Assembly: GCA_963847625.1 (NCBI GenBank)
Contig: CAWKAR010000027.1
Span: forward strand, 32,001 to 96,000
Length of the DNA: 64,000 nucleotides
Direction: 5' to 3'
Source: a candidate division FCPU426 bacterium
GTDB taxonomy: Bacteria; Oederibacteriota; Muellerivitia; Muellerivitales; Muellerivitaceae
Shown here piece after piece: positions 1 to 9,075 of the stretch (position 1 is the first letter of the stretch; each line of letters begins with the position of its first letter). The notes below the pieces were generated by a model, which saw only the letters and a program-made list of their open reading frames with translations, ran no database searches and had not been told where the DNA came from. Made by a program: the position numbers and the translations under genes.

Positions 1-1
1 G

Positions 2-391
2 GGGCGTGAAATCCTGGGTGACGGCATGATCGAAAGGGAGGAAAGCGTCCCAAGCCCCTACGACCCGGTGCCTCCCGAGATGGGCGCAAGGGTGGTGCGC
101 TTGAAGGGCAGTTTCAACCTGCCGGCGGACGCCCAGGTCACTTTCGGGGCCAATACCACCAACCACGTGAAGCTGCAAGTGGACGGCAAGGAGATCCTGT
201 ACCTGAGGCCCTACCAATACCTGAAGTTCCTATCCGGGGAGAAAAAGGTGGACCTGAAGGCAGGAAACCATTCGGTCGTTTATGACACTTATCTGAAAGG
301 CCCAATGGAAATCCCGAAAATATTAATGTGGGTGGATGGAAGGCCGGCCGGGCTGATGGGCGCTCCGGCGCAAAATCCAATCGCCCCGTAA
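2..391 (+). CDS. C-terminal fragment of a protein with a beta-sandwich (PA14-like) domain; 5' end lies outside the window
   Basis: Frame is open from position 2 (GREILGDGM...) to the stop at 391. The LKGSFNLP..VTF....NHVKLQVDGKEIL...VDLKAGNHSV pattern resembles PA14-like domains (inference). Confidence 0.5.
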   Translation, partial: GREILGDGMIEREESVPSPYDPVPPEMGARVVRLKGSFNLPADAQVTFGANTTNHVKLQVDGKEILYLRPYQYLKFLSGEKKVDLKAGNHSVVYDTYLKGPMEIPKILMWVDGRPAGLMGAPAQNPIAP

Positions 392-407
392 GGGCATTGA
401 AGCGCCG

Positions 408-2525
408 TTATTGACCGGGAATAGGTTTTTGACTGAAGGTTTGGAAATACTTGAGGCACTGGTCCCGCCACTGCCGGGCGTCCCGGACCTGCTGGCGCAG
501 TTTACCGGACACGGCTTGGAACCTTTCCCCATCCACCCTGCCCTGGAGCGCTTGCCAACCGTTTTCCAGGTTTTGAGTTTCCTCGACCCCCTTTTGGTAA
601 CACCCGCACAACTCCTCCCAAAGCGTATTCCCCGATTTCATCCGGTGCCCCCAAGGCACGTGGTGGAACCAGAGAAGGTATTTCTCCGGGCAGGTTTTGA
701 GGGAATTGAACTTCTCCGGCAAGGGGACGTGGTACTGGGCGACGGCGCCGCTTCCTTTAAGGGTGCGGTCGAAACCCAAACCCTTTTGGTCGGCGTGGAC
801 GAAATAAGTGGAGGACCAATCCTCGTGCTGGGGATCGAAAGTCCAGGGCATGGGCGCGTAGTGGATATGGGGGTCGGTCATTCCGTTCAGGCCCAGGGGG
901 GAGTCGTAGTCCACGAATGATTCCCGGGAAGCCATCATGATGGAAACGATTGGATCCACTGTTTGGGATCCATTTCCCCAAGTCAATCCCGCCCAGTCCC
1001 GGGCGATGGCCTCGGCGCTCAAACCCGGGTTCCAGGCCAGCCTTCCGAAGGCGTACCAGTTGGCCTGGGCGAAGGGGTGGCCGCACCAGTTCCGGTCATC
1101 GCCAGTATTGGCCACACCCGCGATAGCACTGTCTTTATGGTTGTTGAACTTGCCTTCTACGACTTTTTTAACCGTTGAGCCGGGGCCCTGAGCGTAAGTT
1201 TCCGCGTCCAGGAATTCCTTCCAGAGAGGGGCCAGGTAAACCAGGTGGGTGGATTGCCCCAGGTATTCCTGGGTGACTTGCAATTCTGCGGCCAGGGGAG
1301 TCTTGGGCATGGCGCCGAACAGGGGATGAAAGGGCTCGCGGGGCTGGAAATCCAAGGGACCGTATTTGACCTGGAGGAAAACATTGGGGAGAAATTTGCC
1401 GTCCAGCGGTGTGAACTCCTGGAAGGCGCGCTTGATCCGGTCATGGTCCACTTGGGGGGAATAGACGAAGGCCCTCCACATCACGACGCCCCCGTGGGGC
1501 GCCAGGGCTTTGGCCAGCAGGTTCGCCCCCTGCGCGTGGGTGCGGCTGTAATCGTTGGGCCCGGGCTGGCCCTCGCTGTTGGCCTTGACCAGGAAACCCC
1601 CGAAATCCGGAATCAATCCATAAATCTCACCGGCTTTTTTTGCCCACCACTTTTGCACCGAGGGATCGAGGGGATCGGCGGTGGGGAGGTCCCCCAACGC
1701 CTTAGGGGTTCCAAAGTTGGCCGAGAGATAGACCCGGATGCCGTAAGGACGCAAGGTATCTGCCAGTGCCGCGGTTTTCTTGAGATATTCGGCTTTTAGC
1801 ATCATGGGATTGGCGTTGACGTTGTTCAGGACCGCGCCGTTCAACCCGATGGAAGCGCAAGCCCGGGCGTAATCCCTCACGCGCGGGTTGACCTGGCCCG
1901 GCAAGTCGTTCCAACGCCAAAGGGATTTTCCCGCGTAGCCCCTTTCAATGGTCCCGTCCAGGTTGTCCCAGTGGTCCAACAACCGGCGCTTCAGGCGGGG
2001 TTTTTCAGCGATATCCAGTTTTTCAACGGGCTGGCCGGTGCCTATAAGCCGGAGAAGGTGGAAGGCGCCGTAGAGACAGCCCAAGGGGCTTTGGGAAGCG
2101 ACGAGGGTAAAGTGGCGGCCTTCCGCTTGGCAGGAACGGATCAGGTAACCTTCTTTTCCCAACTTCGGCAGACTTCGCGCCTCTTTCATGCGGGCAACCA
2201 AAGGGGAAGATTCGGGGGTGCCGACCAATAAGGAACCGTCCTGGATTTTCTTTAGGAAAGGGATATTTTTTCCCAGGAAACCCTTGAGGCCCTGTTGCAG
2301 TTCTTCCTGAAGGATTTTTTCGGTAGACGTCGTTCCTTCCACCACGATGGAGGAAAACGCATGTCGGAAGGAATCCAGCAGCCTGGAATTTGCCACCTTG
2401 TCGTAACGAAGCCAAAGCCGGTAACCGTCTTCGGCATGAAGGCCGGAAGGAATTCCGATGAAACACCCTATAAGAATAGGGAGCCGCCAGCGTCTTCGAA
2501 TTGCGGCAACTTGAGTATTTTTGAT
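408..2525 (-). CDS. aguA: Alpha-glucuronidase, glycoside hydrolase family 67, with signal peptide
   Basis: GH67 motifs WDNLDGTIERGYAG, NNVNA, KANSEGQPGP, GPLDFQPREP, QVTQEYLGQ and YLLWFHH. The frame extends 43 codons upstream of the listed GTG (2396) and encodes the typical EDGYRLWLRY N-terminus. The only SD-linked start is ATC at 2525 (GGAGGA at 2536-2531). Confidence 0.92.
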   Translation of the reverse strand: MKNTQVAAIRRRWRLPILIGCFIGIPSGLHAEDGYRLWLRYDKVANSRLLDSFRHAFSSIVVEGTTSTEKILQEELQQGLKGFLGKNIPFLKKIQDGSLLVGTPESSPLVARMKEARSLPKLGKEGYLIRSCQAEGRHFTLVASQSPLGCLYGAFHLLRLIGTGQPVEKLDIAEKPRLKRRLLDHWDNLDGTIERGYAGKSLWRWNDLPGQVNPRVRDYARACASIGLNGAVLNNVNANPMMLKAEYLKKTAALADTLRPYGIRVYLSANFGTPKALGDLPTADPLDPSVQKWWAKKAGEIYGLIPDFGGFLVKANSEGQPGPNDYSRTHAQGANLLAKALAPHGGVVMWRAFVYSPQVDHDRIKRAFQEFTPLDGKFLPNVFLQVKYGPLDFQPREPFHPLFGAMPKTPLAAELQVTQEYLGQSTHLVYLAPLWKEFLDAETYAQGPGSTVKKVVEGKFNNHKDSAIAGVANTGDDRNWCGHPFAQANWYAFGRLAWNPGLSAEAIARDWAGLTWGNGSQTVDPIVSIMMASRESFVDYDSPLGLNGMTDPHIHYAPMPWTFDPQHEDWSSTYFVHADQKGLGFDRTLKGSGAVAQYHVPLPEKFNSLKTCPEKYLLWFHHVPWGHRMKSGNTLWEELCGCYQKGVEETQNLENGWQALQGRVDGERFQAVSGKLRQQVRDARQWRDQCLKYFQTFSQKPIPGQ

Positions 2526-2701
2526 GGTGATCCTCCAACAGGAATCGAGTGATGAATGGAACTGATTTTATCACCATATCCGGCCGGTTTTTTAAATGAG
2601 TTCATCGAGGTTTATTCAAAATCGGGGACGGATTCTTCTTGAAAATCAACCGAGGTTGCCTTTTATTAGTGCCTTTCCCTGTCTAAGAAAGGAAAGTTCC
2701 G

Positions 2702-3331
2702 TTGAAACCCAAACACATCATCCTATTCGACCTCGACGGCACGCTCACCTGGGGCGTGTCCACCACCCGGTTTCTCTTCCGGAAAATGGGCCAGGAGCCC
2801 TTTTTCAAGGAGTTGGAATCCGACTGGCTCCGGGAGCAAACCGACCATTTGACCCTGGCCCGGAAGGTCACCGCCCGGATGAAGGGTTGGAAAATGAAGG
2901 ACATCGAAAAGGCGTTGCGCGCCATTCCCAAGATGAGGGGGATCGGGTCAACGGTGCGCGCCTTGAAAAAAAAGGGATATTACACGGCCCTGTCGACCCT
3001 GGGCTACGAGTTCGCGGCCGAGTTTTTCCGGAGATGGTACGGCTTCGACGAGGTCCAGGGTACGACTTTGGAAATCCGCCGGGGAGTCATCACGGGAAGG
3101 GGAATGAGGATTTTCCGGGAGCATGAGAAGGCTCTTTTCCTCAAGGGCCTGGCCCGCCGGTATTCCATCCCCCTGTCCGAAACCGTGGCCCTCGGCGACA
3201 GCCGCTCGGACCGGGAGGTCTTCAAGGCGGCCGGGTTCCGGATCGCCGTGAATCACGACGGTTTTTTAAAAGGCAAGGCGGATAAGGTACTCAAGGGGCG
3301 GGATTTGGAAAGGATACTGCGATATTTATGA
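2702..3331 (+). CDS. HAD-superfamily hydrolase, phosphoserine phosphatase (SerB)-like
   Basis: HAD motif I FDLDGTL and motif IV GDSRSD; TTG start downstream of AAAGGAAAG. Confidence 0.85.
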   Translation: MKPKHIILFDLDGTLTWGVSTTRFLFRKMGQEPFFKELESDWLREQTDHLTLARKVTARMKGWKMKDIEKALRAIPKMRGIGSTVRALKKKGYYTALSTLGYEFAAEFFRRWYGFDEVQGTTLEIRRGVITGRGMRIFREHEKALFLKGLARRYSIPLSETVALGDSRSDREVFKAAGFRIAVNHDGFLKGKADKVLKGRDLERILRYL

Positions 3332-4200
3332 GGCTCAGGAAAAGCGGCGTTTTTATCATGATGCTGGGAAACCTTTTTTTCGGTTTTCTTCCGGTCCTGA
3401 TCAAGTGGGGAAACGCGATGGGGTATTTATCAACCCAAACGACCTTTTTCAGGTTCGCTTTCGCTACCCTCGGCATCCTGGTTCTGGCGGCCGCGGGGGT
3501 GCAACCCCTCAAAGCAGTCAATACCCGGGCCCTGCTCTGGCGGGGCTTTTGCGGGGGCACGTCGGTTTTCCTTTATTTTTTCACGCTCCAATGGACCACC
3601 GCGGGTAAGGCCACGCTCTTTAACTACACCTATTCCATTTGGGCCAACGTCTTCACGGTAGTTTTCCTGAAGCGAAAGGCCCCCCGGGGATTGGGATACA
3701 TGCTGGCCTTGGCGGGCCTGGGGGTATTCCTGGTCCTGGGGACGAGGTTCGAGAACTTGAACTGGGGAGACTTGACCGGAATTCTTTCCGGCGTCGTGGC
3801 GGGCGCGGCGGTGGCGGCCATGCGCGAAGCACGCCGCACCGACAACGTCCTGACGGTTTTCGGAAGTTTCACCTTTTTCGGTTTCCTGATTTCGGGTTTG
3901 TTCCTGGTTTTCGGGCCGTCCGGGGGGTTCAACCACTGGACCCCCTTGACGGCCAGCGGATGGGAAATCCTCCTGGCCATGGGCGCTTGCTCCATGGTGG
4001 CGCAACTTTTTTCCACGCAGGGCTACGGTTACACCAGCCTGGCCATGGGTACGCTTCTGTCACTCACCGTGCCGGTTTTTGCCTCCTTCTTTGGGTTGGT
4101 TTTTTTGAAGGAAGCCCTGACCCCCCATTTCATCCTGGGGACGGCCATGGTGCTGGCCGCCTGCGGGATTCTATCCCGGTTGGATTCAAACCCTAATTAA
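3328..4200 (+). CDS. DMT/EamA family membrane transporter
   Basis: 290 aa with about 10 hydrophobic segments in two EamA-like repeats; ATGA overlap with the HAD gene. Confidence 0.85.
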   Translation: MRLRKSGVFIMMLGNLFFGFLPVLIKWGNAMGYLSTQTTFFRFAFATLGILVLAAAGVQPLKAVNTRALLWRGFCGGTSVFLYFFTLQWTTAGKATLFNYTYSIWANVFTVVFLKRKAPRGLGYMLALAGLGVFLVLGTRFENLNWGDLTGILSGVVAGAAVAAMREARRTDNVLTVFGSFTFFGFLISGLFLVFGPSGGFNHWTPLTASGWEILLAMGACSMVAQLFSTQGYGYTSLAMGTLLSLTVPVFASFFGLVFLKEALTPHFILGTAMVLAACGILSRLDSNPN

Positions 4201-4437
4201 AAATATGCAATAACTATCTGAAAACTGTTTAATTCCTGGCCCATCCACTTTCCCGAAATTTAATGCTGGAATGCGATGCAATTAAACAAGAAAGATGACA
4301 GAATTTAAGTGAATGAATAAAAACCTATTCTTACGGGGAAATAAAACAGGGACGCGGCTCAGGCGTGTTTTTTCCCTGAAAGAAACCCTGATTTTTGATA
4401 ACCTTTAAGGGATGAAGGTTTTTGGAAGGCGGGCCCC

Positions 4438-4896
4438 ATGTCCATGAAAACGGGTTGGGTCGAGAAGAGGCTCCACGAGCGCGTCGTCGCCACCCTGAAA
4501 GTCGATTACCGGCTGGTGGACCCCAAGGAATCCAAGAAGATCCTGAATCATATCCATTACAGCCAAACCACGATGGACCGTATGCCGGAGCTGGCCAAGA
4601 TGTCCTCCCTCTACCACGCCGTCACCCGGGACATTTCCGTGGGGGGGCTGGCGTTGGTCAGCGAACAACCCTTTGCCGAGGGTTTGCTGGTGGAGATCGG
4701 CCTGTACCTGCCGCAATACAAGAGCGTCCTGAAATTCCTGGCCAAGGTGGTCCACACCGATAAGTTCACTGAACTGGGCCGTAATATCTACCGGGCGGGG
4801 GTTCAGACCCTGGCCATCAACCAGGAGGATCTCAACCGGATTGAAACCTATTTATTCAAGTTGAAGCTGCAGTCGGGACCCCAGGAATCCGCCTGA
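4438..4896 (+). CDS. PilZ domain-containing protein
   Basis: RxxxR (RLHER) and DxSxxG (DISVGG) c-di-GMP-binding motifs. Confidence 0.8.
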   Translation: MSMKTGWVEKRLHERVVATLKVDYRLVDPKESKKILNHIHYSQTTMDRMPELAKMSSLYHAVTRDISVGGLALVSEQPFAEGLLVEIGLYLPQYKSVLKFLAKVVHTDKFTELGRNIYRAGVQTLAINQEDLNRIETYLFKLKLQSGPQESA

Positions 4897-4909
4897 GACG
4901 ATGGCTGCC

Positions 4910-4939
4910 GCCGGATTTCCCAAAAAATCCGGCTTTTCT
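4910..4939 (+). terminator. Intrinsic terminator after the first PilZ gene
   Basis: GCCGGATTT-loop-AAATCCGGC perfect 9-bp stem followed by TTTTCT. Confidence 0.7.
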
Positions 4940-5092
4940 CCCCCCGTTTTTAACCGAATTCCTGCCCAGCTTTTCTCCTCTTCCGCTTTTCTGAAATAAA
5001 GCGCCACATTCCTTGGGCTCTTGACTTCCCAATGTTTTGGAAGATACTGCCCGGTGAAAGGCTTGAGCCCGATTGACCGCCGAGGAGGCCTT

Positions 5093-5530
5093 GTGGAACC
5101 CAGAACGGCCTGGATGGAAAAAAAACTCAAGGATAAGGTGATTGCCACCTTGAAGGTGGATTACAGTCTCGTGGACCCGAAGGATACCAAGAAGGTCCTC
5201 GGCCACTCCCATTACAAGGACACCACCATGGAACGCATGGCGGAACTTTCCCGGAAATCCTCCCTCTGGCACGCCGCGGCCCGTGACATTTCCACGGGGG
5301 GCCTTTCCCTCCTGGCCTACGCGGACATCTCCGTTGGAACCTTTGTGGAAGTCGGCCTGCACCTTCCGCAGTACCATGCTGTCCTAAAATTTCTGGCCCA
5401 AGTCATCCATGTCGAGACCTTCACCGAGATGGGCCGCGTCATCCACCATGCCGACTTGAAGTCCCTGGCCGTCAACAAGGGGGACTTGGAAAACATCGAG
5501 GCCTTCCTGATCCGGCAAATGGAGCAATAG
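5093..5530 (+). CDS. PilZ domain-containing protein, tandem paralog with degenerate RxxxR
   Basis: Highly similar to 4438..4896. GTG start after GAGGAGG. DISTGG is kept but RLHER has become KLKDK. Confidence 0.8.
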   Translation: MEPRTAWMEKKLKDKVIATLKVDYSLVDPKDTKKVLGHSHYKDTTMERMAELSRKSSLWHAAARDISTGGLSLLAYADISVGTFVEVGLHLPQYHAVLKFLAQVIHVETFTEMGRVIHHADLKSLAVNKGDLENIEAFLIRQMEQ

Positions 5531-5539
5531 CCAGAGCCC

Positions 5540-6550
5540 ATGAGCGGATCAAACCTTGCCGTCCCCACCTGCTCCCGCCTGCCCCGCTGGCGGGGTTTCA
5601 ACCTCCAGGGCCGCTATTCCTTCCACAAGCAGAATCATTTCGGGACATTCCTGGAATGGGATTTCCAAATGATCGCCGAATTAGGATTCGACTTCGTGCG
5701 GTTTCCGTTGGATTACCGGTTTTGGATAAAGGACGGCGATTGGAAAAAAATCGACCCGGATGCCTTCCGGGAAATCGACCAGGCTTTGGCCTGGGCGAAA
5801 AAGTACCGGCTCCATGCCTGCATCAATTTTCACCGGGCTCCCGGCTACTGCATCAACCTCCCGAGGGAATCCCGTAACCTCTGGAGTGACCGGGAAGTCC
5901 AGGAGATTTGCGCGGCCCATTGGGCCTTTTTCGCCAGGCGCTTCCGGGGAATCCCCAACCGGGAAATGACTTTCGACCTGTTTAATGAACCCAACGAGGT
6001 GTCCAACGCCGATTACGCAGTGGTGGTGGCGATCATGGCCGCGGCCATCCGCTCGGGAGACCCTGAACGCCTGATCATCGCCGACGGCACGGAAGTGGGG
6101 AACCGTCCCGTGCCCGAGTTGATTCCCCTGAAGGTGGCACAGGCCACCCGCGGTTACCAGCCCATGGAAGTGAGCCATTACCTCGCGCCCTGGTCGCCGG
6201 GCGGGGGACAGTATCCAATGCCATCTTGGCCGTTGGAGAAGGAAGGAAAACGGTTGGACCGTTCCTGGCTTAAGAGGGAATATATCGAACCCTGGAAGGA
6301 ACTGGAGGCCCGGGGGGTGGGAGTGTTCGTGGGGGAATGGGGCGTTTACAAACGCACGCCCCACGAGGTGGTGCTGGCCTCCATGCGGGACCACCTGGAA
6401 CTTTGGAAGGAAGCTGGGTGGGGCTGGGCCTTATGGAATTTCCGGGGGGATTTCGGCTTCCTGGACAGCGGACGGGAAGATGTGAAATATGAGGAATTGG
6501 ACGGGCACAAGCTCGACCGTCAAATGCTGGAACTCTTGCTGGCTTATTGA
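5540..6550 (+). CDS. Glycoside hydrolase family 5 (cellulase family), no signal peptide
   Basis: GFDFVRFP, NFH, catalytic NEP acid/base, GEWG nucleophile and GWALW motifs. Confidence 0.88.
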   Translation: MSGSNLAVPTCSRLPRWRGFNLQGRYSFHKQNHFGTFLEWDFQMIAELGFDFVRFPLDYRFWIKDGDWKKIDPDAFREIDQALAWAKKYRLHACINFHRAPGYCINLPRESRNLWSDREVQEICAAHWAFFARRFRGIPNREMTFDLFNEPNEVSNADYAVVVAIMAAAIRSGDPERLIIADGTEVGNRPVPELIPLKVAQATRGYQPMEVSHYLAPWSPGGGQYPMPSWPLEKEGKRLDRSWLKREYIEPWKELEARGVGVFVGEWGVYKRTPHEVVLASMRDHLELWKEAGWGWALWNFRGDFGFLDSGREDVKYEELDGHKLDRQMLELLLAY

Positions 6551-6563
6551 TTGGAGGTGACTG

Positions 6564-7112
6564 GTGAAAATTATTAGAAGGATTATTGGATTATTTTTAT
6601 TGATGTTAAGCACAATAATTTTTTACCCATGTGCATCGTTTGGCCAAGCAGATTTTACTGAAATTGTGGATCAATTTGTAAAACCTGACAAAAACGGAAA
6701 TACTATTGCATATTTTGGAAAATTTGACCTTTATATCTGCAATGGCCAAAGGAAAATTAATTCCTATGCCTTTTTAGTGACTGAAGAGCAAGTGCATGAA
6801 AAGAAATACCATGTCACTAAAAGCTGGATACGGTTTTTTGCCGATAATACTGAAGGGAAAAAAGGTGGTGGTCACATTGACATCATCAAACCGTTAAACG
6901 TCATTGATATTGGAACGCGGTCGGTTTACGAAGTATTTCCTTTAGTTGACAAGATCGTTTTTGTGCTTAATTCAGGCCAGGTTTATGATGTTCTAACTTT
7001 CAAGTGCAATGGAAATAGTTTAGAAAAATTTTCAGAAGTTTATACAGATAATTTGCCCCAAATAATGTTTGGCGAGCCAGCAAAGGATTTACCGGGCAAC
7101 CTTGGTCATTGA
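6564..7112 (+). CDS. Hypothetical secreted protein, AT-rich
   Basis: GGAGGTG SD followed by GTG start; N-terminal signal-like hydrophobic stretch; visibly AT-richer than its neighbours. Confidence 0.6.
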   Translation: MKIIRRIIGLFLLMLSTIIFYPCASFGQADFTEIVDQFVKPDKNGNTIAYFGKFDLYICNGQRKINSYAFLVTEEQVHEKKYHVTKSWIRFFADNTEGKKGGGHIDIIKPLNVIDIGTRSVYEVFPLVDKIVFVLNSGQVYDVLTFKCNGNSLEKFSEVYTDNLPQIMFGEPAKDLPGNLGH

Positions 7113-7182
7113 TTTCACATTACAACTGAAAATCTCACCGTGTGATCACTTTTCATTTAAAAAGTTTTCAGCAAGCGCCAGC

Positions 7183-7295
7183 CTACTCCCCGAGAAACTG
7201 AAGGATAATCTGCCGCTTGCGGGAGCGGTTGTCGAAATCGATGAGCACGATTTGCTGCCAGGTCCCCAGCGCGGCCTGGCCTTCTTGGACGGGAA
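7183..7295 (-). pseudogene. yjbQ: Duplicated 3' fragment of yjbQ (direct repeat of 10004..10116)
   Basis: 113-bp copy with 9 mismatches by manual alignment; encodes ...PVQEGQAALGTWQQIVLIDFDNRSRKRQIILQFLGE*. Confidence 0.9.
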
Positions 7296-7398
7296 TGATT
7301 AACTAGGAACCTCCGGTTTAACGCTTAAAACCCTGAACTACTGAATCTGTTGTCTGTTTTTGTGCACATTTTCGATTTATCCTGTCAGAAATCATTCA

Positions 7399-7427
7399 TT
7401 GACTATACTTTTCAATGGCGGTACCGT
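7399..7427 (+). promoter_or_regulatory. Putative sigma70 promoter for the AT-rich cassette
   Basis: TTGACT-N17-TACCGT. Confidence 0.45.
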
Positions 7428-7522
7428 CAAAATATTCATTTCTATGGCTATCATAAAAAAAGTTCTAAAGGAATATGTCTCAAAAAAATTTTTTGTTTTC
7501 AATATTTTAGGAGGAGATTTTC

Positions 7523-9055
7523 GTGAAAAAGAACTTGTACCTCTTGGTCCTTCTTACCAGTTTCATCATTCCCATAGCTTGTAGTAAAGTTTCTTCTCCA
7601 ACGACCGCTACTGGGTCGCCGGTTACGGCCCAGGACATGAATCAACCCACTTCCATCTACGTTTCTCCATTAACGAGCATTACTTTTACGCCCATTCCTC
7701 AAATCGTTTTGTCTCCGTCATCCAAGGACTCTTCCTGCAAAAAGTGGCCCACCATTTCTTTTACGCCAAATCCTGCGCGAAAAAAACATAGAGACCCATG
7801 CATCGACAGCGGCGATGGGTATGACGCCGGATTGGACGGGCCGGCGACTTTTTACGCTGTAACTACCCCATCTCTGATTTTTGAAGGCCCCATAACTTGG
7901 GGTAATCCTTGTGGTAATTCCACGTGGCTTAGCATTCCTGGCGTTGAAGTACCACCTGTTTATCCAATGGCTGGGATTGCCGATTTAAGGTGCTTTAACA
8001 TTAGCTCGGCAAGTGATTTAAATGGAACTTTTACCCTTACTTATGAAGGGCAGGATATCGTTTCTGTTATCGTAAACGGTTCTGCCGCCAATCAGCCTTG
8101 TACTGATTGCGCTATTACAACCTGTCAAACACTTACGATACCCAATAATCTTTTACAACTTGGCGAGAACAAATTGGAAGTAATCGCAAGTAGTTTCGGA
8201 AGTGATAATATTGGTATGGATTTTGAATTTTGTGGCCCATTCGAGCCATTGTACTGTTTTTCCACCTTTACGCCCACGCTGACGAACACGCCGACCATCA
8301 CTCAAACAAATACGCCAACCCCTACGATAACACCTACGATGACCCCGTCAAACACGCCCACTCCGTCCCTGACCTTGAGCATTACTTCAACGGTTTCAAT
8401 TACAACAACCAACACAACTACTCCAACACCTTCTTCAACTGAAGGATCAATAACGCCAACAGCTAGCCAAAGCCCAAGTGGGAGCCCAACACTTACACCC
8501 AGTCCTAGCCCGACTACCTCGGTAACGACTACGCCGACTTGTCCAGGGTTTGATTATAGAGTTCCATTGATTCCTTATTTCCAAGGTACGGCACCATGGG
8601 GAAGCATGGATTTGGATAGTTCTGATCTTACGATAAGTGCCAAAGGTTGTTTTTTGACTTGTTTGGCAATGCTTGCCCAAATAAATCCAGGGGCATTAAA
8701 CTTGGATTTGAGCAATTACCAAAATGCGATATCAAAAAATGGAAATCTTGATCAATATAAGGCGGCACAATATTTGGGTTGGCCAGACGCCTATGACGAT
8801 GTTCTGCCCGGTAGTACTGATATTGTCAATGCGCTAAAACAGGGTCGTTATGTTATCGCGCATGTTCCTTCAACTACGCCTGCCGGACACTATGTTATCG
8901 TGACGGGGTCTGTTTATGATCCACAATACCCCGGATGCCGTTATACCATCCAAGACCCAAATGGCAATCTGGATTACCATTATTTAGATCAGTATGGTAA
9001 CCCACTTGAACTTAGAACTTTTGGTTCCAATGGAAATACAACACCAGCCCTATAG
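7523..9055 (+). CDS. Lipoprotein with Thr/Pro linker and C-terminal peptidase C39-like domain
   Basis: Lipobox-like ...PIAC; C39-like triad pattern GCFLTCLAM ... GHYVIVTG ... IQDP; SD GGAG followed by GTG. Confidence 0.72.
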   Translation: MKKNLYLLVLLTSFIIPIACSKVSSPTTATGSPVTAQDMNQPTSIYVSPLTSITFTPIPQIVLSPSSKDSSCKKWPTISFTPNPARKKHRDPCIDSGDGYDAGLDGPATFYAVTTPSLIFEGPITWGNPCGNSTWLSIPGVEVPPVYPMAGIADLRCFNISSASDLNGTFTLTYEGQDIVSVIVNGSAANQPCTDCAITTCQTLTIPNNLLQLGENKLEVIASSFGSDNIGMDFEFCGPFEPLYCFSTFTPTLTNTPTITQTNTPTPTITPTMTPSNTPTPSLTLSITSTVSITTTNTTTPTPSSTEGSITPTASQSPSGSPTLTPSPSPTTSVTTTPTCPGFDYRVPLIPYFQGTAPWGSMDLDSSDLTISAKGCFLTCLAMLAQINPGALNLDLSNYQNAISKNGNLDQYKAAQYLGWPDAYDDVLPGSTDIVNALKQGRYVIAHVPSTTPAGHYVIVTGSVYDPQYPGCRYTIQDPNGNLDYHYLDQYGNPLELRTFGSNGNTTPAL

Positions 9056-9075
9056 AACTATAGAAGGAGACGGTC

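Noticed and set aside
2023..2577. Frameshift explanation for the missing GH67 N-terminus (ORFs 2023..2577, 2252..2437)
   Set aside because: The N-terminus is in frame with the main ORF; only the start codon is non-canonical.
4200..4437. c-di-GMP riboswitch upstream of the PilZ genes
   Set aside because: Only GGGACGC resembles it; the GCAAA elements and paired stems are not evident.
7069..7302. ORFs 7069..7302 and 10019..10336 sharing a peptide
   Set aside because: Both are antisense readings of the yjbQ 3' end and its duplicate.
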